Positions 31,776 to 45,369 of a stretch of DNA of 64,000 nucleotides are shown in pieces. A model generated the notes under the pieces. It saw nothing but the letters and a program-made list of their open reading frames with translations, did no database searches and was not told the DNA's origin. The translations under genes and the position numbers were made by a program. Origin of the DNA: the human T2T-CHM13v2.0 reference genome, Homo sapiens. Within the stretch, counting starts at the first letter, position 1. Each line of letters starts with the position of its first letter. The stretch lies in assembly GCF_009914755.1 (NCBI RefSeq), contig NC_060928.1; one strand, given 5' to 3'.

Positions 31776-33200
31776 CCTCCGTGAATTAAAGATAACTCAA
31801 ATGATATATAAACTTTTATGGGAACTATCTATATTGTTTTTACATTTTTAATAGAAACGATTTAAACTTTAAAGTAAAAAAGACAAATTTTAAAATAAGT
31901 GTTTCCATGTGGGAATACACATGAATTAGGATGATTTGGGCTAATTTTGCATAAGAGAAAGATAAGATGATTTGAAGGTCCTTTTCTCTTGGCACAAGCC
32001 TCTGAAGAGGGAAGGGAACGTTAAAAAAAAAAACACTTGATATATAGTGGTGCTTTTTCTTTAAAACTTTTTTATAGAATTTAAACTAAAATTTAACTTC
32101 GTATTGACTAAATTCCATGTTTGGAATGAGTGTAAAGGCAGATAGACAGTTTGAAATTTGAGTGTTTGCCAGTTGTGTTCCTCATCATGCCAGGTGAATA
32201 AACATGGGTTTTTGCCTGTGCTTGTCAAAACCAGCACTGACCCTCAGTGCTGTGACCATTAGAGGTAAGTTTCACCACGGTGGATCATACGTGAAGTAAG
32301 TTTTAATTAAACAGATAATTCGTGAACCAACATACCTAGGAGTCTCCTTTCAGTTCACAACTAGAAATAGTCTCTAATTTGGTCAAATGTTTACCCCTCT
32401 ACCAAAGGCTTGCTGCTTAGGTAGAGAAAGCTTAGTGCCCGGTATTCTGTACGTGGGTCATCTGCTAACAGTTTGAGTTAAAGCAAGGAGAATGAATACT
32501 CTTTAGCTCCAAGAACATTTAGATCTGTCATTATGGTACAGGAAGAAGCCATCGTGTGGTTGGTGCTTCTGTCTAAAAACCCCAGTTATTACTATCCACT
32601 GAAAAGTACTGCATAGATGAATGTAGAGTAGTCTGAAGCTACTTGTCAGCCTTTACTTTCTTTTTCTTTCTTTTCCTTGGTCCTCTGCAGTCTGTACTGT
32701 GTAGATTTTAATCACTCATGACTATAGATATAACCAGTTATTTTAAAATTTCATGCAATCAGATTTTGGACAAGTTGTAAGAACGGTTCTCTTAAGGATA
32801 ATAATGCAAGCAAAGGTTTTAACCAGCTTTGAGATCATGTGGGCGTTCAATATGCTTTGCTTTATTTTGCCTTCGTATGCTGATTTTGTCTCACCTCCTT
32901 GAATCCTTTCACTTGGCTAAATAAATGTGAACTCTCTATCGACAACAAAAAGAATCTTATGGTTGGCTTGAGATCACATTTTAAAGTAAACATAATAAAA
33001 CTAAAACAATATATCAGTCTTTACAGTGAATCCAATCTTTCATGGTGTCAATTTTTAAGGCCTTTGAGTTGTACAGTGAAACGAATATTTTAGAGGTTCT
33101 GTGGTAGACAATTGTGTAGAACAGCATTCTTCTGATATCCTTGTATCCTCTGGGTTTGATGTATATATTATTGGATTAAATTACCTGAAAATTTGTGTAA

Positions 33201-33558
<358 letters not shown>

Positions 33559-34247
33559 TGTTTCTTGTAATATCTTTATTGGCTTTTGGTATCAGTTTAA
33601 TGCTGTCTTCATAACATGATTTGAGAAGTATTGGGAAAGTTTGTATAGAATTGGAATTACGCTTTTCTTAAATATTTGGTAGAATTCACCTTTGAAACTA
33701 TATGGGCCTAGCAATTTCTTTGTGAATTTTAAACTATAAATTCAATTCCCTTTATAGATATAGGACTGTTCATTCTGTTTCTTCTTGAGTAGGCTTTGGT
33801 AGTTTGTATCTTTCAAGGAATTTTTCCATTTCATTTAAGTTATTGAATTTATTGGTATAAAGTTTTTCTAATATGCCTTATTCTCATTTTTATACCTATA
33901 GAATCTGTAGTGATCTCACCTCTCTCATTCCTGATACTGGTAATCTATGTCTTCTCTCTTTCCTGATCAGTCTGGCTAGAGGTTAAAGAACCTGTTTTTG
34001 GTTTTATTGTTTTTCTGCTTTCTATTTCACTGGTTTCTGCTCTGAGCTTTTTTCTGCTTAGTTTAGGCTTCGTTTGCTCTTCTTTGTCTAGTTTCTTAAG
34101 GTGAAAACTGAGATCATTGATTTAAGACCTTTTCTAATGTAGACAGTGCTCTACATTTCTTTCTCAGGACTGCTTTTGTGGCATCCTAAAAATATTGATA
34201 GGTTGTGTTTTCATTTATATTCAGTTCAAAATATAGTACTTCCTAAT

Positions 34248-34491
34248 TGGCATGATCTCGACTCGCTGCAGCCGCCTCCTCCTCCCAGGTTCAAGTGATT
34301 CTTTCACCTCAGCCTCCCAAGTAGCTGGGACTACAAGCGTCCGCCACCATGCCCGGCTAATTTTTTTGTATTTTTAGTAGACGGGGTTTCACCGTGTTAG
34401 CCAGGATGGTCTCGATCTCCTGACCTCGTGATCCGCCTGCCTCGGCCTCCCAAAGTGCTGGGATTACAGGCGTGAGCCACTGTGCCTAGCC
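34248..34491 (-). mobile_element. Alu lacking its 3' end and tail
   Basis: Starts at ggcatgatctcgactc with no poly-T. Confidence 0.88.
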
Positions 34492-35047
34492 TCCCCTATT
34501 GTTTAGAAATATGTTTTTAGTTCTCAAATGTTTGGAAGCTTTTCCAGACATCTTGATGTTACCAGTTATAATTCCATGTGGTCAGAGAACATGCATGTAT
34601 GATTGAATTCTTTTAAGCTTATTGCACCTTTTCTGTGGCCAAAGATACAGTTTATCTTAGGTCAAGTTGGTTAATAATGTTGTTCTCTCTATATCCTTAC
34701 TGGTTTTTTTGTGTATTTCTTCTTGCAGTGACTGACAAAGAGGTTTTGAGATCTAGTGTAATTGTGGACTTGTTTATTTATCTTTGCAGTTCTACCAATT
34801 TTTGTTTCATATGTTTTGCAAGTATGCTGTTAGATGTATAATATAAAGGACTGGTATGGCCTTTTGATACATCTATCCCTTTATCATTATGAATTGACCT
34901 TCTTTATCTCTGTTAGTATTTTTTGCGCCAAAATCTACTTTTGTTAGAAACTGATGTAGACACTCTAGCTTTTTTATTAATGTTAGTGTAAAATTTTTTC
35001 TCCTTTTACTTTTAACCTATTTGTGTCTTTATATTTAAAGTGGATTT

Positions 35048-37253
35048 TATACACCTATAACATTCAAACCAAGAACCAAATCAAGAATACATTCCCAGGC
35101 TGGGTGAAGTGGCTCACGCCTGTAATTGTAGCACTTTGGGAGGCCGAGGCTGGTGGATCACGAGGTCAGGAGTTCAAGACCAGCCTGGCCAAGATGGTGA
35201 AACCCCGTCTCTACTAAAAATACAAAAATTAGCTGGGCATGGTGGTGGGCATCTGTAATCCCAGCTACTCGGGAGGCCGAGGCAGAGAATTTTTAGAACC
35301 CAGGAGGCGGAGTTTGCAGTGAGCCAAAGTTGCACCACTGCACTTGAGCCTGGGCAACAGAGCAAGACTCCGTCTCAAAAAAAAAAAAAAAAAAAGAATA
35401 CACTCCCTGGACTGGCAGTAGTTCAGTGATTCCTTCAAGAGAGAACACTCCCATTTACAATAGACACACACACACACACACACTACCTAGGAGTACATCT
35501 CACGAAGGAGGTGAAAGATCTCTGCAAGAAGGACGATAAAATCATGGATAACACAAACTAATGGAAAAATATTTCATGTTCATGGACTGGAAGAATTGAT
35601 ATCATTACAATGGCCATACAGCCCAAAGCAGTCTACATATTCAACACTGTTCCCATCAAACTACTAATGTCATTTTTCACAGAACTGGAAAAAAAAAAAA
35701 ACTATTACAAAATTCGTGTGGAACCAAAAAACAGCCAGAGTAGCCGAAGCAATCCAAAGCAAAAAGAACAAAACTAGTGGTTTCGTGTTACCTGACTTCA
35801 AACTATACTGTAAGGCTACAGTAACCAAAACAGCATGGTACTGGTACAAAAACAGATATGTAGACCAATGGAACGGAATAGAGAACCCAGAAATAAAGGT
35901 GTACACCTGTAGCCATCGAATCTTCAACAAAGTTGACAAAAATAAGCAACAGGAAAAGGACTCCCTATTCAATAAATGGTCCGGGAATAGCTTACTAGCC
36001 ATATGCAGAGGAATGAAAATGGACCCCTACCTTTCAGCATATATAAAAATTGACCCAACATGGATTATAGATACTTAAATGTAAGACCTCAAACTATAAA
36101 AACCCTAGGAAAAAAACTTGGAAACACCATTCTGGCCTTAGGAAAGAATTTGTGACTAAGTCCTCAAAAGCAATTGCAACAAAAACGAACATTGACAAAT
36201 GAGATCTAATTAAGCCAAAGAGCTTATGTACAGCAAAAGAAATTATCAATAGAGTAAACGGTGTACAGTATTAATAGATACACCATTTCATATACAGACC
36301 ACCTACAGAATAGGAGAAAATATTTGCAAACTGTGCATCTGACACAGGTCCAATATCCAGAATCTATTGGAAACTTAAACAGTTCAACAAGAAAAAAAAG
36401 ACCCCACTAAAAAGTGGGCAAAAGACATGAACAGACAATTTTCAAAAGAAGACATACAAGCAGCCAACAAATGTATAAAAAAAGTTCCACATCGCTGATT
36501 ATCAGAGAAATGCAAATCAAAACCACAATGAGTTAACATCTCACAACAGTCAGAATGGCTGTCATTAGAAGTTAAAAAACAGATGCTAATGAGGCTGCAG
36601 AGAAAAGGGAACACTCATGCACTGTTGGTGGGAATCTAAATTAGTTCAGCCACTGTGGAAAGCAGTTTGGAGATTTCTCAAAGAACTTAAAACAGAACTA
36701 CCATTTGACCCAGCAATCCCATTACTAGCTACATCTCAGAAAAGAAATTATTCTACCAAAAAGACACATGTACTCATATGTTCATCACGGCACTATTCAC
36801 ACTAGCAAAGATACGGAATCAACCTAGGTGCCCATCAACAGTGGATTGCATAAATAAAATGTGGTACATATATACCATGGAATACTATGCAGCCATTAAA
36901 AAAAGAATGAAACCATGTCCTTTGCAGCAACGTGGATGCAGCTGGAGGATAATATCCTAAGTGAATTAACGTAGGAACAGAAAATAAAATACTGTGTGTT
37001 CTCACTTAGAAGTGGGAGTTAAACATCAGTTACTTGTGGATGTAAAGGTGACAGCACTAAACACTGAAGACTGCTATAGTGATGAGGGAGGGAGGCAGTA
37101 GGTGTTGAAAAAACTAACTGTTGGGTACTGTACTCAGTACCTGGGCAATGGAATAATTCATACCCCAAACCTCAGCATCATGCAACATACCCAGGTAACA
37201 AACTTGCACACGTACCCCCTGAATCTAAAATAAAAGTTAAAAAGAAAAAAGAA
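35048..37253 (+). mobile_element. 5'-truncated L1 (L1PB/old L1PA-like) containing a forward AluS (35097-35395)
   Basis: ORF2 peptide [23 protein letters not shown]; 3' end gtaccccctgaatctaaaataaaagtt followed by an A-rich tail. Confidence 0.92.
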
Positions 37254-37754
37254 GACGCCACATCTTACTTGGGTAGAGCAGGTAGAGAAGTTTGGGGAAA
37301 AGCTGGCATGTTTAGGCTACATCTACCAGATTGACATTTAGGAATATAAATTTGAATTCTGTGGAAAAAATTAAGTGGAGGGTTTGTTTTTTAATAGGCA
37401 GCATATAATTAGGTGTTGCTGTTTTAAAATTCAGTGTATCTCTGCCTTTTAATTGATGTGTTTAGGTCATTTACATTCATTATTATTAACAGCTATGTTA
37501 TTAGAATTTGTCTTCAAATGATAAACCATTTTCATACAAGAACTTAATAATAGTATTCTTACATTTCCCCACTCCTGGCCTTTATCCTACTGTTGGCTTA
37601 TGTTTTACTTATATGTATGTTATTAAATAAAAGCTCTACAATGTTTTGTATTATTTTTGTTTAAGCAATTGTCTTTTAAAGATATTTAAATAATAAGACA
37701 AATGTTGTTATTTCTGGTGCTCTTTGTTCCCTTGAATGGATCCACATTTTGTTC

Positions 37755-38110
37755 TGTCTTAGTCTGTTTTCTGTTGCTATAACAGAATGACACAGATTAG
37801 GTATTTATAAAGAATAGTTTATTTGGCTCACAGTTCCTGGAGGCTGGGAAGTCCAAAAGCATGGCACTGGCCTGTAGTGAGGGTCATGCCATGGCAGAAA
37901 GCATCACATGATGGGGAGGGTAAGAGGAGGCGAGAGTGCTTGAGACAGAAATGGGGCTGAACTTATCCTTTTATCAGGAGCCCACTCCTGTGACATGAAG
38001 TTGGAGCCCTCATGACCTAATCACCTCTTAAAGGTCTTACCTCTTAATACCATCACAATGGCAGTTAAATTTCAACATGAGGCTTGGAGGTGATATTTAA
38101 ATCCATAGCA
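37755..38110 (-). mobile_element. MST-family MaLR LTR
   Basis: tgtcttagtctgttttctgttgctataacagaat...atttaaatccatagca. Confidence 0.8.
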
Positions 38111-38189
38111 TTTGCTGGCGATAAATTCCTTCAGTTTTTGCATATCAGAGAAAGCATTTGTTTCACTTTCATTTTGAAAGTTTTTAATT

Positions 38190-38665
38190 TTTTGCTTTTT
38201 ATTTTTATTTTTTATTTCCATAGGTTTTTGGGGAACAGGTGATAGTTACATGAGTAAGTCCTTTAGTGGTGATTTCTGAGATTTTGGTGCACCCATCACC
38301 TGAGCGGCATACACTCTACCCAGTTTGTAGTCTTTTTATCTCTTACCCGTCTCCCACCCTTTCCCCCTGAATTTCCAAAGTCCACTGGTATCATTCTTAT
38401 GCCTTTGCATCCTCATAGCTTAGCTCCCGCTTGTGAGTGAAAACATACAGTGTTTGGTTTTCTATTCCTATATTACTTCACTTAGAATAATGGTCTCTGG
38501 TTCCATCAGGGTCACTGCAAATGCCATTACTTCGTTCCTTTTTGTGGCTGAGTAGTAGTCCATGGTGTATATATATACACACATATATACACATATCTAT
38601 ATATATATACGTGTATATAGATACGTGTATATACGTGTATGTGTATACATATATACATGTATATA

Positions 38666-38696
<31 letters not shown>

Positions 38697-38815
38697 GTAT
38701 ATACATATACCACAATTTCTTTATCCCCTCATTGATTGATGGGCATTTGGGCTGGTACCATATTTTTGCAATAGCAAATTGTGCTGCTATAAATACGAAC
38801 GAGTGTGCAAGTATC
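38190..38815 (-). mobile_element. L1 3' end fragment (L1PB-like) containing a complex (TA/TG/CA)n microsatellite at about 38566-38710
   Basis: ttccataggtttttggggaacaggtg...gattttggtgcacccatcacc; ttttgaaag is repeated at both flanks. Confidence 0.85.
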
Positions 38816-39745
38816 TTTTTGAAAGACACTTTCAATGAGTATAGAATTCTAGGTTGACAGTTTTTTTTTCTTTTAGTACTTTAAAGTTTTTGCTCCATTA
38901 TCTGCTCACTTGCATTGTTTCCAGCAAGAAAACTGAGGTCATACTTATCTTTTGTTTGCTATATTTAATGTTTCTTTTTTCTCTGAGTGCTTTAAAATTT
39001 TTCTGTTTATGACAAGTTTGAGTAATTTTATTATAGTGTTCTAGGGGTCGTTTTCTTCATATTTCTTGCACGTCTCCAGAATTGAGTGTGTTATTTAATT
39101 GACAATATCTCTGGCATCCTGAGATCCAAATGTTAAATGAATTATGGAAAATGTTTTGAAAGTCAGTTGGAAAAGTTCAGCTGGTGAAAGTTACAGAAAA
39201 TCTTCGCTTTAATTTATCTAGTTGTCATAATTCAGAAAAGATAATATAGTAGAGAGGATTTTAAAAGTAGCAAAACATGTATTAGTGACACATTAATTTA
39301 GTAACTTAGTCCTGCGGTGAACTTAAAACTGTTGTCTTTATATTTAATGTGTGTAAAATTTACTACATAGTGATAGATAAATGCAAGAAACTCAGTCTTA
39401 AATCTTTGGGTAATGGTATTTGTCTTTCTGACTTGATGCTTTTACTAACATTTATTAACAATACTTTGAAAGTAATTTTTGGTAGCCCTCTTATTATCTG
39501 TTAAAATTCATGCAAAAGTTGAGTTTAGGAGGTTTACCTTTCATTACATTAGTTTTCATTTTCTAGTGGTTTGTAAATTAACCAGAACTCTAATATAAAG
39601 AATATTATGATTTAATAAAGCCATTGTTAGATTACTTTCACATATTGAAAGTATGTTAATTTGGGGGGAAGCCATTAAACTGAAAGTGTGTCATCTGTCA
39701 TAAAAACTAAGAAATTCAACCTAGGTATATAAGAAGACAAGTTTC

Positions 39746-40415
39746 TTTTTTTTTTTTTAATTTATTATTATTATACTTTAAGTTTTAGGGTACATGTGCA
39801 CAGTGTGCAGGTTAGTTACATATGTATACATGTGCCATGCTGGTGCGCTGCACCCACTAACTCGTCATCTAGCATTAGGTATATCTCCCAATGCTATCCC
39901 TCCCCCCTCCCCCCACACCACAACAGTCCCCAGAGTGTGATGTGCCCCTTCCTGTGTCCATGTGTTCTCATTGTTCAATTCCCACCTATGAGTGAGAATA
40001 TGTGGTGTTTGGTTTTTTGTTCTTGCGATAGTTTACTGAGAATGATGATTTCCAGTTTCATCCATGTCCCTATAAAGGACATGAACTCATCATTTTTTAT
40101 GGCTGCATAGTATTCCATGGTGTATATGTGCCACATTTTCTTAATCCAGTCTATCATTGTTGGACATTTGGGTTGGTTCCAAGTCTTTGCTATTGTGAAT
40201 AATGCCGCAGTAAACATACGTGTGCATATGTCTTTATAGCAGCATGATTTATAGTCCTTTGGGTATATACCCAGTAATGGGATGGCTGGGTCAAATGGTA
40301 TTTCTAGTTCTGGATCCCTGAGGAATCGCCACACTGACCTCCACAATGGTTGAACTAGTTTACAGTCCCACCAACAGTGTAAGAAGTGTTCCTATTTCTC
40401 CACATCCTCTCCAGC
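39746..40415 (-). mobile_element. Young 5'-truncated L1PA (about 670 bp)
   Basis: Near-consensus L1 3' UTR and ORF2 C-terminus. Perfect 15-bp TSD aagaagacaagtttc at 39731-39745 and 40416-40430. Confidence 0.96.
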
Positions 40416-40819
40416 AAGAAGACAAGTTTCAATAGTTAAAACAGTATAGCCTGGCTGTAAAACAGATTGGTACTCCACCTTTATTTGTATGAAATCAGAG
40501 ATGACCAGTCCTAAAGTTTCGAGCCTTACAAAGTAATTGATTACTTATATAAAACATAAAGAACTAATTTTTTTACCCATGTTTCAATGAAATTACTCTT
40601 CATCTACTTATTTCCGTTATACTTAGATATGAACTAGTGATTTATTAGTTGTTTTTCAGCATTACAGAAACAAAATTTTACTAGTCCAATCTCTTGAGAT
40701 AGCAAAAAAAAAAAAAATTGGTATAATTGAGCAGAAGCAGAGCATCAACTCCTGAATTTTCATTTATTTTAAATGATACTAAGCTTTTTAAAAGTTCACA
40801 ATGTTGTTTTAAGTTTTTT

Positions 40820-40992
40820 TAAAAATTTATTTATAAAGACAATGTCTCAATATGTTCCCCACACTGGAGCGCAGGGGTTATTCATAGGTACAGTCATGGT
40901 GCAGGACAGCCTCGAACTCCTGGGTTCAGGCAGTCTTCCCGCTTCAGCCTTCCAACTTGCTGGTACACAGGAAGGTACCACAGTGCCTGGAT
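40820..40992 (-). mobile_element. FAM-like / 7SL-derived Alu monomer
   Basis: Retains the 7SL-type segment ggttattcataggtacagtc, which dimeric Alu lacks. Confidence 0.7.
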
Positions 40993-41163
40993 TCATTTTA
41001 GAAGTTTAAAATATCAAAGATGATGGGGGGAAAAATCAGTGTTCTAAGATACCAAAAATATTTTAATAAAGAGGGACAGTTTATTTGATTTTTTTTCCTC
41101 AAAAGGTCAATAATTTATTATTTATATATAATGCATACTTTTTTTCCTCTCTCATTTTTGTAG

Positions 41164-41432
41164 GTTCTGCCGGAGACTTCCATTTGGCCTCAATGTGAAA
41201 TTAAAGTAGAAAATCACATCTACATGCATGTTGCTATCAGGATGTTGATTCATTAGTCATGCCTGAAGAGGGAAAGTCTGTTTTAGGTGGCTGACTACCA
41301 GCAAAAATAAATGCTTATCCTACATGTCAAGCATCTCTACTTTTTACTGGAGTGAAAATCCCCTCCAGATACCAACAGAATATCAACTGCAGAAAATGCT
41401 TCACATTTTAAGGATGTCGGCAACCTAAATTC
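41164..41432 (+). other. KIAA0232: 5' UTR part of the start-codon exon (whole exon 41164-41663, 500 nt)
   Basis: Strong acceptor tttttttcctctctcatttttgtAG|g. An in-frame TAA at 41409-41411 lies upstream of the ATG. Confidence 0.85.
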
Positions 41433-41663
41433 ATGTACCCTATCTGTACAGTTGTTGTGGATGGTTTGCCATCTGAAAGCTCCTCAAGTTCTTATCCAGG
41501 CCCTGTGTCTGTTTCTGAAATGTCTCTGCTTCATGCTTTGGGTCCAGTGCAGACCTGGCTGGGACAAGAGCTCGAGAAATGTGGCATTGATGCCATGATT
41601 TACACTCGGTATGTCCTCAGTCTTCTGCTGCATGACAGCTATGACTACGACCTGCAGGAACAG
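41433..41663 (+). CDS. KIAA0232: KIAA0232 first coding exon (aa 1-77, MYPICTVVVDGLPSESSSSSYPGPVS...DYDLQEQ)
   Basis: Recognised N-terminal sequence. Donor cag|GTATTT at 41663/4, phase 0, joins in frame to the exon at 59046. Confidence 0.92.
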
Positions 41664-42247
41664 GTATTTACATATTTTAAGTGTTTTCTGAAAACTGATT
41701 GTATCTGTATGTATACATTCCTCTTAAACAAGCACTTTTATACTTTAAAACTGAGCTATTCATGTGTGTGTGCAAACATTTAACCTGTCAGTGACCAGAT
41801 GGTAAGATTGCCTTGGAGTGTCAATCAGCCTGTGTCATTGAGCACCCTGTTAAGTGCAGTTATTTTCTCCATAGTTAGACTTTCTCACTGTTGGTTACGT
41901 TTTGGCATAGACTCCAGATCTTGTCATGGACTGGTCATAGTTTGGTGACCTGCTGCCTTTGAGTAGCAGTGCTCTGGAATGTTGATTTCTACTATTTAGA
42001 AAACTCACACATTATGAATAGATATTTAAACATTGCGTCTATTATACTTCTTGCCTTCCAAATTTAATATTGTATTTTATCTGCAAGAATGATGTTTATC
42101 TGCTTATTAGTCAGTATGTATGACAAATCAGTAGACTTAAAGTTCAGTAAAGCACACAATTTTGCTATAAGTCAGGATGTGTCACCTTGCAAGTTGGTCA
42201 TTACACATTTTATTTGACTTTGCCGCTGAGTTTATAGTGAGAAATTG

Positions 42248-42585
42248 GGCTGGGTGTGGTGGTTCACACTTAGAGTCCCAACACTTTGGGAGGCCGAGGC
42301 GGGAGGATCCCTTTAAACCAGGAGTTTGAGACCAGCCTTGGCAACATAGAACCCAGTCTTTACAAAAAGTATTAAAAAATTAGCCAGGCATGGTAGCATG
42401 TGCCTGTAGTCTGTCCGTAGCTACTCAGGAGGCTGAGGTGGGAGGATCACTTGAGCCCAGAAAGTCGAGGCTGCAGTCAGCCATGATTGCGCCATTGCAC
42501 TCCAGCCTTGGCAACAGAGCAAGACCCTGTCTCTCTCTCGCACGCATACACGAGAGAGAGAGAGAGAGAGAGAAAGAGAAAGCAA
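42248..42585 (+). mobile_element. Alu (J type) with a (CT)n/(GA)n tail
   Basis: Forward dimer. Confidence 0.9.
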
Positions 42586-42939
42586 GAGAAACCAAATACA
42601 GGTTCTTGAAAAAAATGTTAACCTCAGTCTCATTCTTAAGAGGAGCTACTGAAAGTGAGGCCTGCCAGAGGGAACCAGAGTCATCAGTACTGAATAAATG
42701 GGCTCTGGGTGACTTCTGTCTACAAATTTCACATAAAATCTTTTGGTTTTTATAGACAGTAAAAAGAAGGAGGTATTTTGTGGGCAGTTTTTGTTGCAGT
42801 TTTAAACCATCGTTACCCACACTGAGAGCAGGAAGGGTTTCATTGTCAGGAGATATTGGCTTTGCCCCTCCAGACCACACAAAAAAACTTCAAAGTCCTA
42901 TAAATAACACATACAGAGGATTTCACCAAGATGCTTAAC

Positions 42940-43690
<751 letters not shown>

Positions 43691-45150
43691 AAGAATAGTT
43701 TTTTAGTAGGACTTGAACTTCTCATTTCTTAAGAGTTGTATGTCAGCTATTTTCAGTCTACAATATTTAATCAACACCAATAAATTTACTAGCACAAAGT
43801 ATGTGCTGGGTGCTACAGGACATATAGGATAAAACAGGCCAGATGTTAATAAGATTATAGTAATAACATCTCTGATCAGACTTGTGAATCCTCTGGTTTC
43901 TTTACTAACTCTAGGGGGTTGTGGTCAGAGATAAGATGAACTATCAGTATCTGCAGCTGTGTTTGATCCTCCCTCCAGAGTTCCGGTTCGTTCCTCAGGA
44001 CACAGGACAGATAAAGGTTAGGGAAAACATAACATGTCTGGAGTTACAAGGAGAATCCGTAGGGAAATAAAAGGCCCTAAAATATTTTTCTACTTGGTCC
44101 AAAGTAACAGCCATGTGTGCCAAGTCCCACGCCAATGAAGAAGGTCAAATTTTAAATACCTGTTTTAGTAAGACATGACTTGAGAATCCTTTATCCCCTG
44201 CATTGCTTTTCCGTGAAGTTACAGTCCCTTGTTAAAGGTGGCAAAAGCCAGATGCCTGACTCAAAGGGAGGATGTACTTACGGTTTCCCCAGGCAGAGAG
44301 GATGCGGAAGACAAGGATGGTTCTCTTCTAGCAAGAGTAAGGAGAGTGGAAGGGGCCTTAGCTTCTGTCATCAGAACTCCAGCTAACAGCAAGGCTGACA
44401 GACCTGGGTGAAGATGTGTGCCACCTTTCCTGATCTCTGGCTCATGCCTGTGATAACGCAGCCCCTCGAGTGGAGGCCAAACCACTGTACTCCTGGGTGT
44501 TCATTTCCTCACATCTTCGCTCACCCCTTAGTCCTTGAGTTAGTCTAGCCATGAGCGGCCAGTTTGAAGACCCATCACTTTTCTGTTTTAGGCTAAAGCA
44601 AACACGCAGTGCTCTTGAGTTCTAAAACAGATTTTATGCATCAGTTTGGTCTCAGTTGTGCAGGATAAGGAAGTAAAGCTGATCAGATCCTAGTCTTGTT
44701 TAAGGCTGAATCATCTATAAACCTCTAATTTGGGCAGGGTTATAAACACATTTGTGGTGGTGGGCTGGTTACAATGTAGTTCCAGAGAACCACTGCCTTG
44801 TAATATGGAGATACGGTCACTGTGCCAGTAGTTTTATTTCCATAAATGTTTCTTCTTTCTTTTTTTTTTGGTCATGATTACTCTGTCTGGGAAGTATATT
44901 CTAAGATAATCAGGAAATCACTACATATCACTTTTATTTTATATAAACTGCTTTTCTCACCCATCTTTCAAAGCGTAGGTCACCTCTGTCTCTGAAACTT
45001 TTTCTGATAATTTCTGATGAAAGCAATGTCTTCTACCAAACTTGGTAATATTTTACTGTAAAGCTTTTCATTATCGTTACTGGAATGTATTCTGTTTCTC
45101 AGTAGGTTATAACATCCTTATGGGCAGAAATCATATATTAATCTTTTTTA

Positions 45151-45369
<219 letters not shown>

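Noticed and set aside
40820-40992. 7SL-like sequence as a functional RNA gene
   Set aside because: Short, heavily diverged and lacking most of the S domain; a fossil Alu monomer.
41664-41783. ORF extension to 116 aa (VFTYFKCFLK...)
   Set aside because: Read-through past the splice donor at 41663; the recognised protein continues in the exon at 59046.
43960-44500. Unique, moderately GC-rich block with 60-74 aa ORFs on both strands; possible retrocopy or exon
   Set aside because: No recognisable protein, no poly(A)/TSD and no convincing splice-site pair; cannot be supported without a database search.
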